Shown: in pieces, positions 54,493-63,676 of the stretch
Layout: each line of letters opens with the position of its first letter
Numbering within the stretch: position 1 is the first letter of the stretch
Origin: Actinomycetota bacterium
Lineage (GTDB): Bacteria; Actinomycetota; Acidimicrobiia; Acidimicrobiales; Ilumatobacteraceae
Direction: 5' to 3'
DNA length: 64,000 bases
NCBI GenBank assembly: GCA_041164425.1
Contig: JBEAPO010000127.1
Coordinates: 47,586 to 111,585 of the forward strand
Translations under genes and position numbers: made by a program
The notes under the pieces: generated by a model
What the model was told of the DNA's origin: nothing
Database searches by the model: none
The model's input: only the letters and a program-made list of their open reading frames with translations

Positions 54493-55661
54493 CGATGTTG
54501 GGTGACCGCCAGCAACTCGCGTACATAGCGTCACAGGCCGCGGACGCACGCGTGAACGTGGAACTCGAGACCGAGGGCATGACCCTCAACATCGGGCCGC
54601 AACACCCCGCGACACACGGAACACTGCGCATCATCGCGCGCCTCGACGGCGAGCAGGTTGTTTGGGCAGAGCCGTCGTGCGGCTACATGCACCGTGGCTA
54701 CGAAAAGCTCACCGAGGTGCGCACCTTCCCGCAGGTCACCGCGTTGGTGAACCGCATCGACTGGTTGGGAAGCTTTGCGAACGAGGTGCCTTTCATCCTC
54801 GCCGCGGAACAGTTGATGGGCATCGAGGCGCCACCGCGCGCGCAGTGGATCCGCACGATTCTCTTCGAACTGTCGCGCATCGCGAACGTGTCGCTCTTCC
54901 TCGGCGACCTCGGTGTGCAATTGGGTGCCATCACCCCGGTGTTCTTCGCTTTCCGCGATCGCGAGTACGTGCTGAATCTCATCGAGGGCGCGACGGGTGG
55001 TCGCTTCCATCCGAACTTCGACCGCATCGGCGGCCTGAAGGATGACCTGCCCGCCGGCTGGATCGATGAGACGCGCGCCGTCATGCGCAAGATGCGCAAG
55101 TTCTGCGACGAGATCGAAGGCCTTCTCTTCGGCAACGAAATCTTCGAGGCGCGTACACGTGGTATCGGCGTCATCCCGCGCGACGTCGCCCTGCAGTACG
55201 GCCTTTCCGGGGCAAACCTCCGCGGCAGCGGCGTCGACTGGGACCTGCGCCGCGACCAGAAACTGCCGATGGCGTGGGACAAGATCGACTGGAAGGTGTG
55301 GACGCACCCCGACGGCGACTCGTACGCGCGCTGCTGGATCCGCCTGCAGGAAGTTCGTGAGTCCACGTTCATGGTCGAGAAGTTGCTCGATTCCCTGCCG
55401 TCAGGCCCTGTCATGGCCAAGGTGCCACGCATCATCAAGGTGCCCGAAGGCGAAGCCTGGGTGTCGACGGAAAACCCGCTCGGCGAGATGGGCTACTACG
55501 TCGTCTCGAAGGGTGAACTCGGACCGTTCCGCGTGAAGATCCGCTCGGCAAGTTTCAACAACATCTCCATCGTGCCGTGGTTGCTGAAGGGCGTGTACGT
55601 GCCCGACATCATCACGATCCTCGCGTCGCTCTACTTCATTCTCGGGGACATCGATCGCTGA
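54489..55661 (+). CDS. nuoD: Complex I-like subunit D (operon 2); retains the H-R-G-x-E-K motif
   Basis: LNIGPQHPATHGTLRIIARL...CGYMHRGYEKLTE. The Arg codon lies at 54693-54695. Confidence 0.9.
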   Translation: MTMLGDRQQLAYIASQAADARVNVELETEGMTLNIGPQHPATHGTLRIIARLDGEQVVWAEPSCGYMHRGYEKLTEVRTFPQVTALVNRIDWLGSFANEVPFILAAEQLMGIEAPPRAQWIRTILFELSRIANVSLFLGDLGVQLGAITPVFFAFRDREYVLNLIEGATGGRFHPNFDRIGGLKDDLPAGWIDETRAVMRKMRKFCDEIEGLLFGNEIFEARTRGIGVIPRDVALQYGLSGANLRGSGVDWDLRRDQKLPMAWDKIDWKVWTHPDGDSYARCWIRLQEVRESTFMVEKLLDSLPSGPVMAKVPRIIKVPEGEAWVSTENPLGEMGYYVVSKGELGPFRVKIRSASFNNISIVPWLLKGVYVPDIITILASLYFILGDIDR

Positions 55662-56713
55662 TGTTGGGCCTGATTGCCAGCATTCCCTACTGGGCGCAGT
55701 CGCTGTTGCGGGTGCTCGGCGGAATCGTCGCCGTGCTTCTCCCCGCGGGAACCATCGTTTACGTCTTCCTCTTCAAGATGATGTCCTTCATGCAGAGCCG
55801 ACTCGGACCGATGGAGGCCGGGCCGTTCGGCTCGCTGCAGTTGTTCGCCGAAGTGGGGAAGTGGCTCCAAAAAGAAGACCTCTACCCCGAGCGCGCCGAC
55901 CGTTTCATCTTCAAGATCGCGCCGCTCATCGTCCTCTCCAGCACGTTCCTCCTCGTCGCGGTGGTGCCGTTCGGGCCCGATGCATGGTTCACCAACTTCG
56001 AGGCGGGAGTCTTCTACGCGCTCGCCGTCTCGTCGGTCTCGGTTCTCGGCATCCTGATTGCCGGTTGGGCAAGTGCGAACAAGTACTCACTGCTCGGTGG
56101 TCTGCGCGCTGCGGGTCAGTTGATTGCGTACGAACTACCGATGGTGCTCGCCGTCATCGGTGTCGTCATCCAGGCCGGAACGATGAACCTGCAACAGATC
56201 GTCGTTGCGCAGAATGCCGGATCGATCTTCGGCTGGGACGGTCTCGGCAACCCGTACATCCTCACCCAGTTCATCGGTTTCGTGATCTTCATGATCGCGG
56301 TTCAGGCAGAACTCACCCAGGCACCTTTCGACATGCCGATCGCGGAATCGGAACTCGTGTCGGGCTACATGACCGAGTACTCGGGCTTCCGCTTCCTCAT
56401 TTTCTTCATCGGTGAGTTTGCGACGGCCGGCGTGTTCGCTCTCATCGCCTCGATCCTCTTCCTTGGAGGTTGGGGCGTCCCGTTCGCGTGGTTTGGCTGG
56501 ACCAGCATCGACAGCATCGACAACTGGATGAACGTCGTTGGTCCGCTGATCATGTTCACGAAGATGATGCTCCTCGTCTTCGTCATCATGTGGGTGCGCT
56601 TCAGCTACCCGCGTTTCCGTGAGGACCAACTGCAGCGCTTCGCGTGGAAGGTTCTCATCCCGTTGTCACTCGTCAACATCATGGCGACGTCGGTCTTGAA
56701 GGTGGCGTTCTAA
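55661..56713 (+). CDS. nuoH: Complex I-like subunit H (operon 2)
   Basis: TGATG overlap start. [33 protein letters not shown]...[26 protein letters not shown]. Confidence 0.9.
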   Translation: MLGLIASIPYWAQSLLRVLGGIVAVLLPAGTIVYVFLFKMMSFMQSRLGPMEAGPFGSLQLFAEVGKWLQKEDLYPERADRFIFKIAPLIVLSSTFLLVAVVPFGPDAWFTNFEAGVFYALAVSSVSVLGILIAGWASANKYSLLGGLRAAGQLIAYELPMVLAVIGVVIQAGTMNLQQIVVAQNAGSIFGWDGLGNPYILTQFIGFVIFMIAVQAELTQAPFDMPIAESELVSGYMTEYSGFRFLIFFIGEFATAGVFALIASILFLGGWGVPFAWFGWTSIDSIDNWMNVVGPLIMFTKMMLLVFVIMWVRFSYPRFREDQLQRFAWKVLIPLSLVNIMATSVLKVAF

Positions 56714-57204
56714 TGGCGAAGGTCCCCGGCCTACTAAAGGGCCTCGGTGTCACTCTCGGAACGATGGTGGAAACCGTCACCAAGGGTGCGAACACCGTGC
56801 AGTACCCGCACGAAAAGGAGACGCCGCCCATTCGTGCGCGCGGCGTCATCGCGCTGCACGAGGGCAACTGCACCTCGTGCATGCTGTGCGCGCGGTCCTG
56901 CCCCGACTGGTGTATTTACATCGAGGGTCACAAGGAACTTGCTCCTCCGCGTCGCGCGGGCGGAAAGCCGCGACAGGTGAACAAGCTCGACCGTTTTGAC
57001 ATCGACTACGCGCTGTGCATGTACTGCGGCATCTGTGTCGAAGTGTGTCCGTTCGACGCACTCTTCTGGAGCCCCGAGTACGAGTATTCCGAACCGCGTA
57101 TCGCCGACCTCCTCCACGACAAGGCCAAGTTGGGCGAATGGATGGAGACCGTTCCCGAAGCTCCCGAACTCGATGCCGGTGCCGAGAAGAAGGGCAAGAA
57201 GTAA
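56713..57204 (+). CDS. nuoI: Complex I-like subunit I (operon 2)
   Basis: TAATG overlap start. [12 protein letters not shown] and [12 protein letters not shown]. Confidence 0.9.
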   Translation: MAKVPGLLKGLGVTLGTMVETVTKGANTVQYPHEKETPPIRARGVIALHEGNCTSCMLCARSCPDWCIYIEGHKELAPPRRAGGKPRQVNKLDRFDIDYALCMYCGICVEVCPFDALFWSPEYEYSEPRIADLLHDKAKLGEWMETVPEAPELDAGAEKKGKK

Positions 57205-57699
57205 ATGGTTGCCCAGAACATCGCGTTCGGCATCGTCGCCGCGATCATGGTGTGGGGCGCGCTACGCGTCGTCACCGTCAAGAACGTCGTGCACGCCGCG
57301 TTGTGGTTGGTGCTGGTTCTCGCGGGCGCCGCGGCCCAGTACGTCATTCTCGCCGCCGAGTTCGTTGCCATCACCCAGGTGCTCGTCTACATCGGTGCTG
57401 TGATGGTGCTTTTCCTGTTCGGCACAATGCTCACCCGCGCCCGCATCGGTGCCGAGCAAGAACTGAACAACAACTCGTGGTGGCTGGGTGTGCCGTCGGC
57501 GGGCATTCTGCTCGGCGTCATCACGCTCGCACTCGTCTCGGGTTTCGGCGACGAGGAACTGCCGAAGGATGCCGCGGTCGTAACGACGCAGGAGATTTCC
57601 GACCAGATCTTCGGTCCGTATCTGTTGCCGTTCTGGGCACTGTCGTTCGTGCTGCTCGTGGCCGTCATCGGAGCGATCGTGCTCGCGAGGAAGGACTGA
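57205..57699 (+). CDS. nuoJ: Complex I-like subunit J (operon 2)
   Basis: VKNVVHAALWLVLVLAGAAAQYV...TQVLVYIGAVMVLFLF. Confidence 0.85.
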   Translation: MVAQNIAFGIVAAIMVWGALRVVTVKNVVHAALWLVLVLAGAAAQYVILAAEFVAITQVLVYIGAVMVLFLFGTMLTRARIGAEQELNNNSWWLGVPSAGILLGVITLALVSGFGDEELPKDAAVVTTQEISDQIFGPYLLPFWALSFVLLVAVIGAIVLARKD

Positions 57700-57702
57700 C
57701 AC

Positions 57703-58002
57703 ATGCTCGTCAACCAATTCCTCATCCTCGCCGCAGTTCTGTTCTGCATCGGTGTCTATGGCGTGATCGCGCGCCGGAATGCAGTCATGGTCCTCATGTC
57801 GATCGAATTGATTCTCAACTCGGTCAACCTGAATCTCATCGCGTTTGCATTGCGCAACGGCAGCGTCGACGGACACATCTTCGCGCTGTACATCATCGCT
57901 GTGGCCGCGGCTGAGGTCGGCGTCGGCCTCGCGCTCGTGCTGCTCGTCTATCGCAACCGCAAGTCGATCGGCCTCGAAGAGCTGTCGGAGATGAAGGGCT
58001 GA
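57703..58002 (+). CDS. nuoK: Complex I-like subunit K (operon 2)
   Basis: RRNAVMVLMSIELILNSVNLNLIAF...IAVAAAEVGVGLAL. Confidence 0.9.
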   Translation: MLVNQFLILAAVLFCIGVYGVIARRNAVMVLMSIELILNSVNLNLIAFALRNGSVDGHIFALYIIAVAAAEVGVGLALVLLVYRNRKSIGLEELSEMKG

Positions 58003-58004
58003 TC

Positions 58005-60587
58005 ATGTTCGCTGCCTCTGAAGCCGCTGCCGAAACCGCCGCCGTCGCCTTGAAGTCGGGCTGGTTCCTCGAGAACGCCTGGATCATCCCGATCATCCCA
58101 GCCGTCGCGTTCGCGCTGATCATCTTCTTCGGCAAGAAGTTGCCAATGAAGGGCAGCGAACTCGGTGTGCTGTCGATGGTCGCCACGCTGGTCCTGGCGG
58201 GTGGCGCCGCGTTCCAGTGGATCGACCGCGTCAACTCGGCCTCCGAGGGCCAGTACATCGAACCCGTCATTCGCAGTTGGAACTGGTGGCAGAGCGGCGG
58301 ATTCGACCTCTCGATCGGCCAGCACATGGACGGCCTGTCGCTGACGGTTCTCGTTGTCGTGGCGTTCATTTCGACCCTCGTACAGATCTACTCGCTCGAG
58401 TACCTGCGCGGCGACCGCCGCTACACGCACTTCTTCGCGTCGTTGACACTCTTCTCCGCGGGCATGATGAACATGGTCATCGCCGACAACATGATCCAGC
58501 TGATCCTCGGCTGGGAAATCATGGGCCTCTGCTCGTTCATGCTGATCGGTCACTGGTGGGAGGACAAGGCGAACAGCCGCGCAGCACTGAAGGCGTTCTT
58601 CACCACCCGCACCGGCGACATCGGCCTGCTGGTCGGCACGAGCATCCTCTTCTTCAGCGCGAACTCGTGGACCCAAGAGCACCTCGGCGTTTCCGGCTTC
58701 AGCATCCGAGGCCTGTCGGCGTGGGCGCTCAGCGGCAGCCCCGGCAGCGTGGCAATCACGGCCGGCGCATTCGCCCTCTTCGTTGCGTGCATCGGAAAGT
58801 CGGGTCAGTTCCCACTGCACACGTGGCTGCCCGATGCCATGGCCGGTCCGACCCCCGTCAGCTCGCTCCTTCACTCCTCGACGATGGTCGTGGCCGGCGT
58901 CTTCCTTGTCGCGCGCCTCTTCCCCGTGTTCTACGAGGGAATGAACATCTACGGCTCGTCGATGAACTTCATCACGTTGATCGGCGGCATCACGATCATC
59001 ATTGCGGCGTTGCTCGCCTTCGTTCAGGACGACATCAAGAAGGTGTTGGCGTACTCCACCGTGTCGCAGCTCGGGTACATGATGATGGGTCTCGGTGCGG
59101 GCGCGTGGTTGCCGGCCGTGTTCCACATCTTCACCCACGCGTTCTTCAAGGCATGTCTCTTCCTCGCCGCGGGTTCGGTCAGTCACAGTGGCTCGCACCA
59201 CTCGTTCGACATGAAGAAGGACATGGGCGGCCTGCGCAAGTACATGCCGATCACCTTCGTCACCTGGGTCATCTCGACCCTCGCACTGTGCGGCGTGTTC
59301 CCACTGTCGGGCTTCTTCTCGAAAGACGAGATCATCGACAACGTCGGCTACGCGGGTTACGACATCTTCATGATCGTCGGCCTCGTCGGTGCCTTCATGA
59401 CTGCGGCGTACATGACGCGTGCGACGTACCTCACCTTCTTTGGCGAACCGCGTGGCGCAGCCGCCGGTGAACACCACGAAGAAGCCGGCCATGATGATCA
59501 CGGCCATGACGCGCACGCGGCAGGCCATGGGCACGGCCATGACGCGCACGCGGCAGGCCATCACGATGATCACGGCCACGGCCATGATGATCACGGTTCG
59601 CATGGTCCGCACGAGTCGAATGCTTTCATCACGGTTCCGCTCGTCATCCTCGCGACGTTGGCAATCGGCGCCGGTCTCTTGAACGCGACTCCCTTCGGTG
59701 AGAAGTGGGAGAACATGAAGAAGTGGATCGAGCCGCGACCCGTCGTCGTCGGCGACGTCGACCATGCGTCCGTTGGCGAGGTGCGCGGATTCCGCACGGC
59801 CGACACACTTCCCGCAACTCAAGATTCGGCTGTCAGTGAAGAGACTGTCCTCACCGAAGAGACCGCCGTGGCAATGGAAGAAGGCGTCTCACCCGAGGCG
59901 AAGGCCGCACCTGCTCCGTTGATGGCGACTGCCGCACCCGCCGCCGGTGGTGAAGAAGGTGGCGAAGAAGCCATCGCATACGCCGCCGAAGACGGTCACT
60001 CGGCCGAGGCGGGCGGTTACGACTCGCACGGTTCCGACTGTGGCAAGAAGACTCCCGAAGCCGGTGTCTGTTACGCGCCGTACGTGAAGCACGCGCCGTT
60101 CAAGTGGGCGAAGGCCGCGCTGTCGATGGCAATCGTGTTCGCGGGCCTCATCCTCAGTTGGCTGGTCAGCGTTCAGCTGTACACCCGCAAGCGCGGGTTC
60201 TTCGTTGGTCTCACGCAGAAGAACAAGTTGCTCGCGGCCGGCCACGCGTTCCTGGTGAACAAGTACTACCTCGATCACCTCTACGAGAAGATCATCGTCC
60301 GGGGAATCGCCCATCCGATCGCGAAGGGCGCGTACTGGATCAACCAAAACATCCTCGACGGCATCATCAACGGCACCGGTATCGGAGCCAAGGGTGTTGC
60401 TCGTTGGGTCTACCGCAACGTCGATCAGCGAGTGGTCGATGGCGCGGTGAACGGTTCCGGAGCAGTCGCCCGCGGTGCGGGTGGCGCTTTGCGCCCCGTT
60501 CAGTCAGGAAAAGTCAACCAATACGGGGCTCTGCTCTTTGCTGCTGCAGCAGTGGCCGGCCTCGTCCTAATCATCATCAACACCTGA
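58005..60587 (+). CDS. nuoL: Complex I-like subunit L (operon 2), 860 aa with His-rich and acidic insertions
   Basis: GWEIMGLCSFMLIGHWW...KSGQFPLHTWLPDAMAGPTPVSSLLHSSTMVVAGV. It is about 220 aa longer than the operon-1 paralogue. Confidence 0.9.
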   Translation: MFAASEAAAETAAVALKSGWFLENAWIIPIIPAVAFALIIFFGKKLPMKGSELGVLSMVATLVLAGGAAFQWIDRVNSASEGQYIEPVIRSWNWWQSGGFDLSIGQHMDGLSLTVLVVVAFISTLVQIYSLEYLRGDRRYTHFFASLTLFSAGMMNMVIADNMIQLILGWEIMGLCSFMLIGHWWEDKANSRAALKAFFTTRTGDIGLLVGTSILFFSANSWTQEHLGVSGFSIRGLSAWALSGSPGSVAITAGAFALFVACIGKSGQFPLHTWLPDAMAGPTPVSSLLHSSTMVVAGVFLVARLFPVFYEGMNIYGSSMNFITLIGGITIIIAALLAFVQDDIKKVLAYSTVSQLGYMMMGLGAGAWLPAVFHIFTHAFFKACLFLAAGSVSHSGSHHSFDMKKDMGGLRKYMPITFVTWVISTLALCGVFPLSGFFSKDEIIDNVGYAGYDIFMIVGLVGAFMTAAYMTRATYLTFFGEPRGAAAGEHHEEAGHDDHGHDAHAAGHGHGHDAHAAGHHDDHGHGHDDHGSHGPHESNAFITVPLVILATLAIGAGLLNATPFGEKWENMKKWIEPRPVVVGDVDHASVGEVRGFRTADTLPATQDSAVSEETVLTEETAVAMEEGVSPEAKAAPAPLMATAAPAAGGEEGGEEAIAYAAEDGHSAEAGGYDSHGSDCGKKTPEAGVCYAPYVKHAPFKWAKAALSMAIVFAGLILSWLVSVQLYTRKRGFFVGLTQKNKLLAAGHAFLVNKYYLDHLYEKIIVRGIAHPIAKGAYWINQNILDGIINGTGIGAKGVARWVYRNVDQRVVDGAVNGSGAVARGAGGALRPVQSGKVNQYGALLFAAAAVAGLVLIIINT
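59499..59561 (+). repeat. 33-bp-period tandem duplication inside nuoL (operon 2)
   Basis: The 30-mer cacggccatgacgcgcacgcggcaggccat occurs identically at 59499-59528 and 59532-59561, encoding HGHDAHAAGH twice. Confidence 0.95.
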
Positions 60588-60600
60588 GGAGCAATTCGGC

Positions 60601-62160
60601 ATGGACCAACTCCGTGACGCCAACTGGGTGCTCAGCGTCGGCACCTTCCTACCGCTAGCCGGTGTGCTGGTGATGCTGTTCATCCCCAAGGCAGAGGAAC
60701 AGTTGAACAAAGCGGTCGCGCTGCTGACAGCACTCGCGACGCTCGCGGTCGGCGTCTACACGCTGACGCAGTTCGACTACGACCAGGCCGGCAAGATGCA
60801 GTTCGTCGCCGAGACGAACTGGATCTCGGTGATCAAGAGCACGTATTACATCGGCGTCGACGGCATCAGCCTGCCGCTGTACTTCTTGTCGATGGTGATC
60901 ACGGTGCTCGTGATGATCTACAGCTGGAACCACATCCCATCACCCGGGAACCCGAAGGCATTCCTGATGCTGATGTTGGTCCTGCAGACGGGCATGGCGG
61001 GAACCTTCATCGCCCAAGATCTCATCCTCTTCTTCGTGTTCTTCGAACTCGTGCTGTTGCCGATGTACTTCATGATCGGTGTCTGGGGTGGAGAGAACCG
61101 CCAATACGCATCGCTCAAGTTCTTCCTCTACACGATGTTCGGCTCGGCACTCATGTTGGTGGCATTCCTCGCCTTGTTCTTCAAGACCGGCGCCGAGAGC
61201 TTCGCGATTCCGTATCTCGTCGAGAACGGCGCGGCAATCGCGAAGAACACGCAGGTCTGGATCTTCGCCGGAATGTTCGTCGGCTTCGCCGTCAAGGTGC
61301 CGATGTTCCCCTTCCACACCTGGTTGCCCGATGCTCACACGCAGGCACCGACCCAAGGTTCGGTCATCCTTGCCGCGATCCTGCTGAAGCTCGGTACGTA
61401 CGGCTTCATGCGCATCGCGATTCCGATTCTCCCCGACGCCGCCGTCGAGTGGGCGCCGTGGATCGGGCTCCTCGCAGTCATTGGCATCATCTACGGCGCA
61501 CTCGGATGCCTCGCGCAGTCCGACATGAAGCGCCTCATTGCTTTCTCGTCGGTGGCGCACATGGGCTTCGTGATGCTGGGTATCTCGACACTCACGTCGT
61601 TCGGTATGAACGCGGCCGTGTTCGGCATGGTCGCCCACGGGCTCATCACCGGCATGCTGTTCTTCATCGCGGGCAGCGTGAAAGAGCGCTACCACACCCT
61701 CGAGATCGCGCGCCTCAGCGGCATGTTGAAGCAGGTACCGAAGTTGGGGTGGATCCTCGGCTTCTGCGCAATGGCCTCGCTCGGTCTTCCCGGTCTCGCC
61801 GGATTCTGGGGTGAATTCCCCGCGATTCTCTCGGCCTACAACCCGGCCGACGGACTGTCGGAAGAGATCTTCCGCGTTTACATGGTCATCGCCGCACTCG
61901 GCACGGTGTTCGCTGCCGCTTACCTGTTGTGGCTCTACCAGCGCACCGCCTTCGGTGAACCGAACCCCGAGTTCACCAGCCACGGGCACGGACACGGCCA
62001 CGATGACGACCACGACGAGATCCACGACGTGAACGCTTTCGAGTGGGCCGCTTGGACGCCATTGCTCATTGCCATCGTGCTGTTCGGTGTGATGCCGAAC
62101 CTCATGTTCAAGATCATCGACCCGGCGGTCGCCACGATCGTCTCCGGATTCGGAGGCTGA
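60601..62160 (+). CDS. nuoM: Complex I-like subunit M (operon 2)
   Basis: FFELVLLPMYFMIGVWG...KVPMFPFHTWLPDAHTQAPTQGSVILAAILLKLGTYG. His-rich insert SHGHGHGHDDDHDEIHD at nt 61978-62031. Confidence 0.9.
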   Translation: MDQLRDANWVLSVGTFLPLAGVLVMLFIPKAEEQLNKAVALLTALATLAVGVYTLTQFDYDQAGKMQFVAETNWISVIKSTYYIGVDGISLPLYFLSMVITVLVMIYSWNHIPSPGNPKAFLMLMLVLQTGMAGTFIAQDLILFFVFFELVLLPMYFMIGVWGGENRQYASLKFFLYTMFGSALMLVAFLALFFKTGAESFAIPYLVENGAAIAKNTQVWIFAGMFVGFAVKVPMFPFHTWLPDAHTQAPTQGSVILAAILLKLGTYGFMRIAIPILPDAAVEWAPWIGLLAVIGIIYGALGCLAQSDMKRLIAFSSVAHMGFVMLGISTLTSFGMNAAVFGMVAHGLITGMLFFIAGSVKERYHTLEIARLSGMLKQVPKLGWILGFCAMASLGLPGLAGFWGEFPAILSAYNPADGLSEEIFRVYMVIAALGTVFAAAYLLWLYQRTAFGEPNPEFTSHGHGHGHDDDHDEIHDVNAFEWAAWTPLLIAIVLFGVMPNLMFKIIDPAVATIVSGFGG

Positions 62161-62164
62161 ACCA

Positions 62165-63676
62165 GTGTTGTCCTCGCTCCTCGCAGCAACGTCGTGGACG
62201 GCGCCCGTCGTCGACTACCACGGTCTCGCACCCGAGATCGTGGTGGCCCTCGGATTGTGCGTCGTGCTGCTCGTCGACTTGTTCCTGGCGGAGCGCAGCA
62301 AATGGCTGCTTGCCAGCCTCACCGGCTTCACACTCCTCGGGGCGTTCATCCCGGTGTTGACGCTCGCCCTCGACGATGCCGGTGTTCGTGCGATGTTCGA
62401 CGGTCGATACGTCATCGATGATTTCAGCCTCATCCTGAAGGGTCTGTTCCTTTTGGCGGGTTACGTCGTCGTGCTGTTGTCGACGACCTACATCGAAGAG
62501 GGTGAGTACTACCAGGGCGAGTACTGGGTCCTCATGTTGTCGAGCATCCTCGGCATGATGATGATGACCTCAAGTCGTGATCTCGTCTCGGTTTTCGTGG
62601 CGCTCGAGTTCCTTTCGATTCCGGCGTACATGCTGGCCGCATGGCGCAAGCGCGACGCAAAGAGCAACGAAGCTGGCGTGAAGTATTTCCTTCTCGGTGT
62701 GTTCGCCTCGGCGATCATGTTGTACGGCATGTCACTGCTGTACGGCGTCACAAACTCCACGCTGCTTGCCGACATCGGCGCATCGATCTCGGGTGAACTG
62801 ACGGCGGTGCGCGTTCTCGCGATTGTCTTCGTCGTCGTCGGTTTCGCTTTCAAAGTTTCGGCCGTTCCGTTCCACACCTGGGCCCCCGACACCTACGAGG
62901 GTGCGCCGACTCCCGTGACGGCGTTCCTCTCGGTGGCGTCGAAAGCAGCAGGTTTCGTTGCGCTTGTGACGGTGCTCTATGTCGCGGTGCCCGGCGGCTC
63001 CGACGTGTGGCAGCCGCTCGTCTGGGTGCTCGCCGTTCTCACGATGACCGTGGGCAACGTCCTCGCTCTGCGCCAGACGAACATCGTTCGCATGCTCGCG
63101 TATTCGTCGATCAGCCAGGGCGGCTTCATTCTCATGCCGCTCGCCGTGGCGGCGGAAGGTGGTGCTGGCGAAGCGGTGTTGCGTTCGGTCGTCACCTACC
63201 TCATCGTCTACGCGGCGACGAACCTCGGAACGTTCGCCGTGATTCTCGCCGTGAGCCGCAAGACACGCAGCGGTGAAATCTCGTCGTTCGGTGGACTGTT
63301 CAGTTACGCCCCAGGTCTCGGTGTCGTCATGACAATCTTCCTCGGTTCGCTCGCCGGCATTCCGCCGCTCGGTGGTTGGATCGGAAAGTTCTCCGCGTTC
63401 CAGGCCGTGCTCGAGGCGGGCACCGGTTGGGCCTACGCGATTGCGATCGTCGGTGCGGTGAACTCGGTCGTCGCGTTCGGCTACTACGGCAACGTGATGC
63501 GCGAGATCTGGATGCGACCGGTTCCCGACGGAGACACGACACAGGTCCGCACGCCGGCACCGTTGGTGCTCGCACTTTCGATCACCACGATTGCAACGCT
63601 GGCGCTCGGAGTGTTGCCCGGTGTGGCGCTGCACTTCGGCGATCTCGCCACCTTCGCCGGTGTCCTCGGCGGCTGA
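62165..63676 (+). CDS. nuoN: Complex I-like subunit N (operon 2)
   Basis: FVALEFLSIPAYMLAA...FKVSAVPFHTWAPDTYEGAPTPVTAFLS. Confidence 0.9.
   Translation: MLSSLLAATSWTAPVVDYHGLAPEIVVALGLCVVLLVDLFLAERSKWLLASLTGFTLLGAFIPVLTLALDDAGVRAMFDGRYVIDDFSLILKGLFLLAGYVVVLLSTTYIEEGEYYQGEYWVLMLSSILGMMMMTSSRDLVSVFVALEFLSIPAYMLAAWRKRDAKSNEAGVKYFLLGVFASAIMLYGMSLLYGVTNSTLLADIGASISGELTAVRVLAIVFVVVGFAFKVSAVPFHTWAPDTYEGAPTPVTAFLSVASKAAGFVALVTVLYVAVPGGSDVWQPLVWVLAVLTMTVGNVLALRQTNIVRMLAYSSISQGGFILMPLAVAAEGGAGEAVLRSVVTYLIVYAATNLGTFAVILAVSRKTRSGEISSFGGLFSYAPGLGVVMTIFLGSLAGIPPLGGWIGKFSAFQAVLEAGTGWAYAIAIVGAVNSVVAFGYYGNVMREIWMRPVPDGDTTQVRTPAPLVLALSITTIATLALGVLPGVALHFGDLATFAGVLGG

Noticed and set aside
57948-59822. 624-aa minus-strand ORF opposite nuoL of operon 2. 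The same applies to 60940..62025 and 62732..63733 opposite nuoM2 and nuoN2.
   Set aside because: It is a shadow ORF of the nuoL2 coding strand and contains no recognisable domain.
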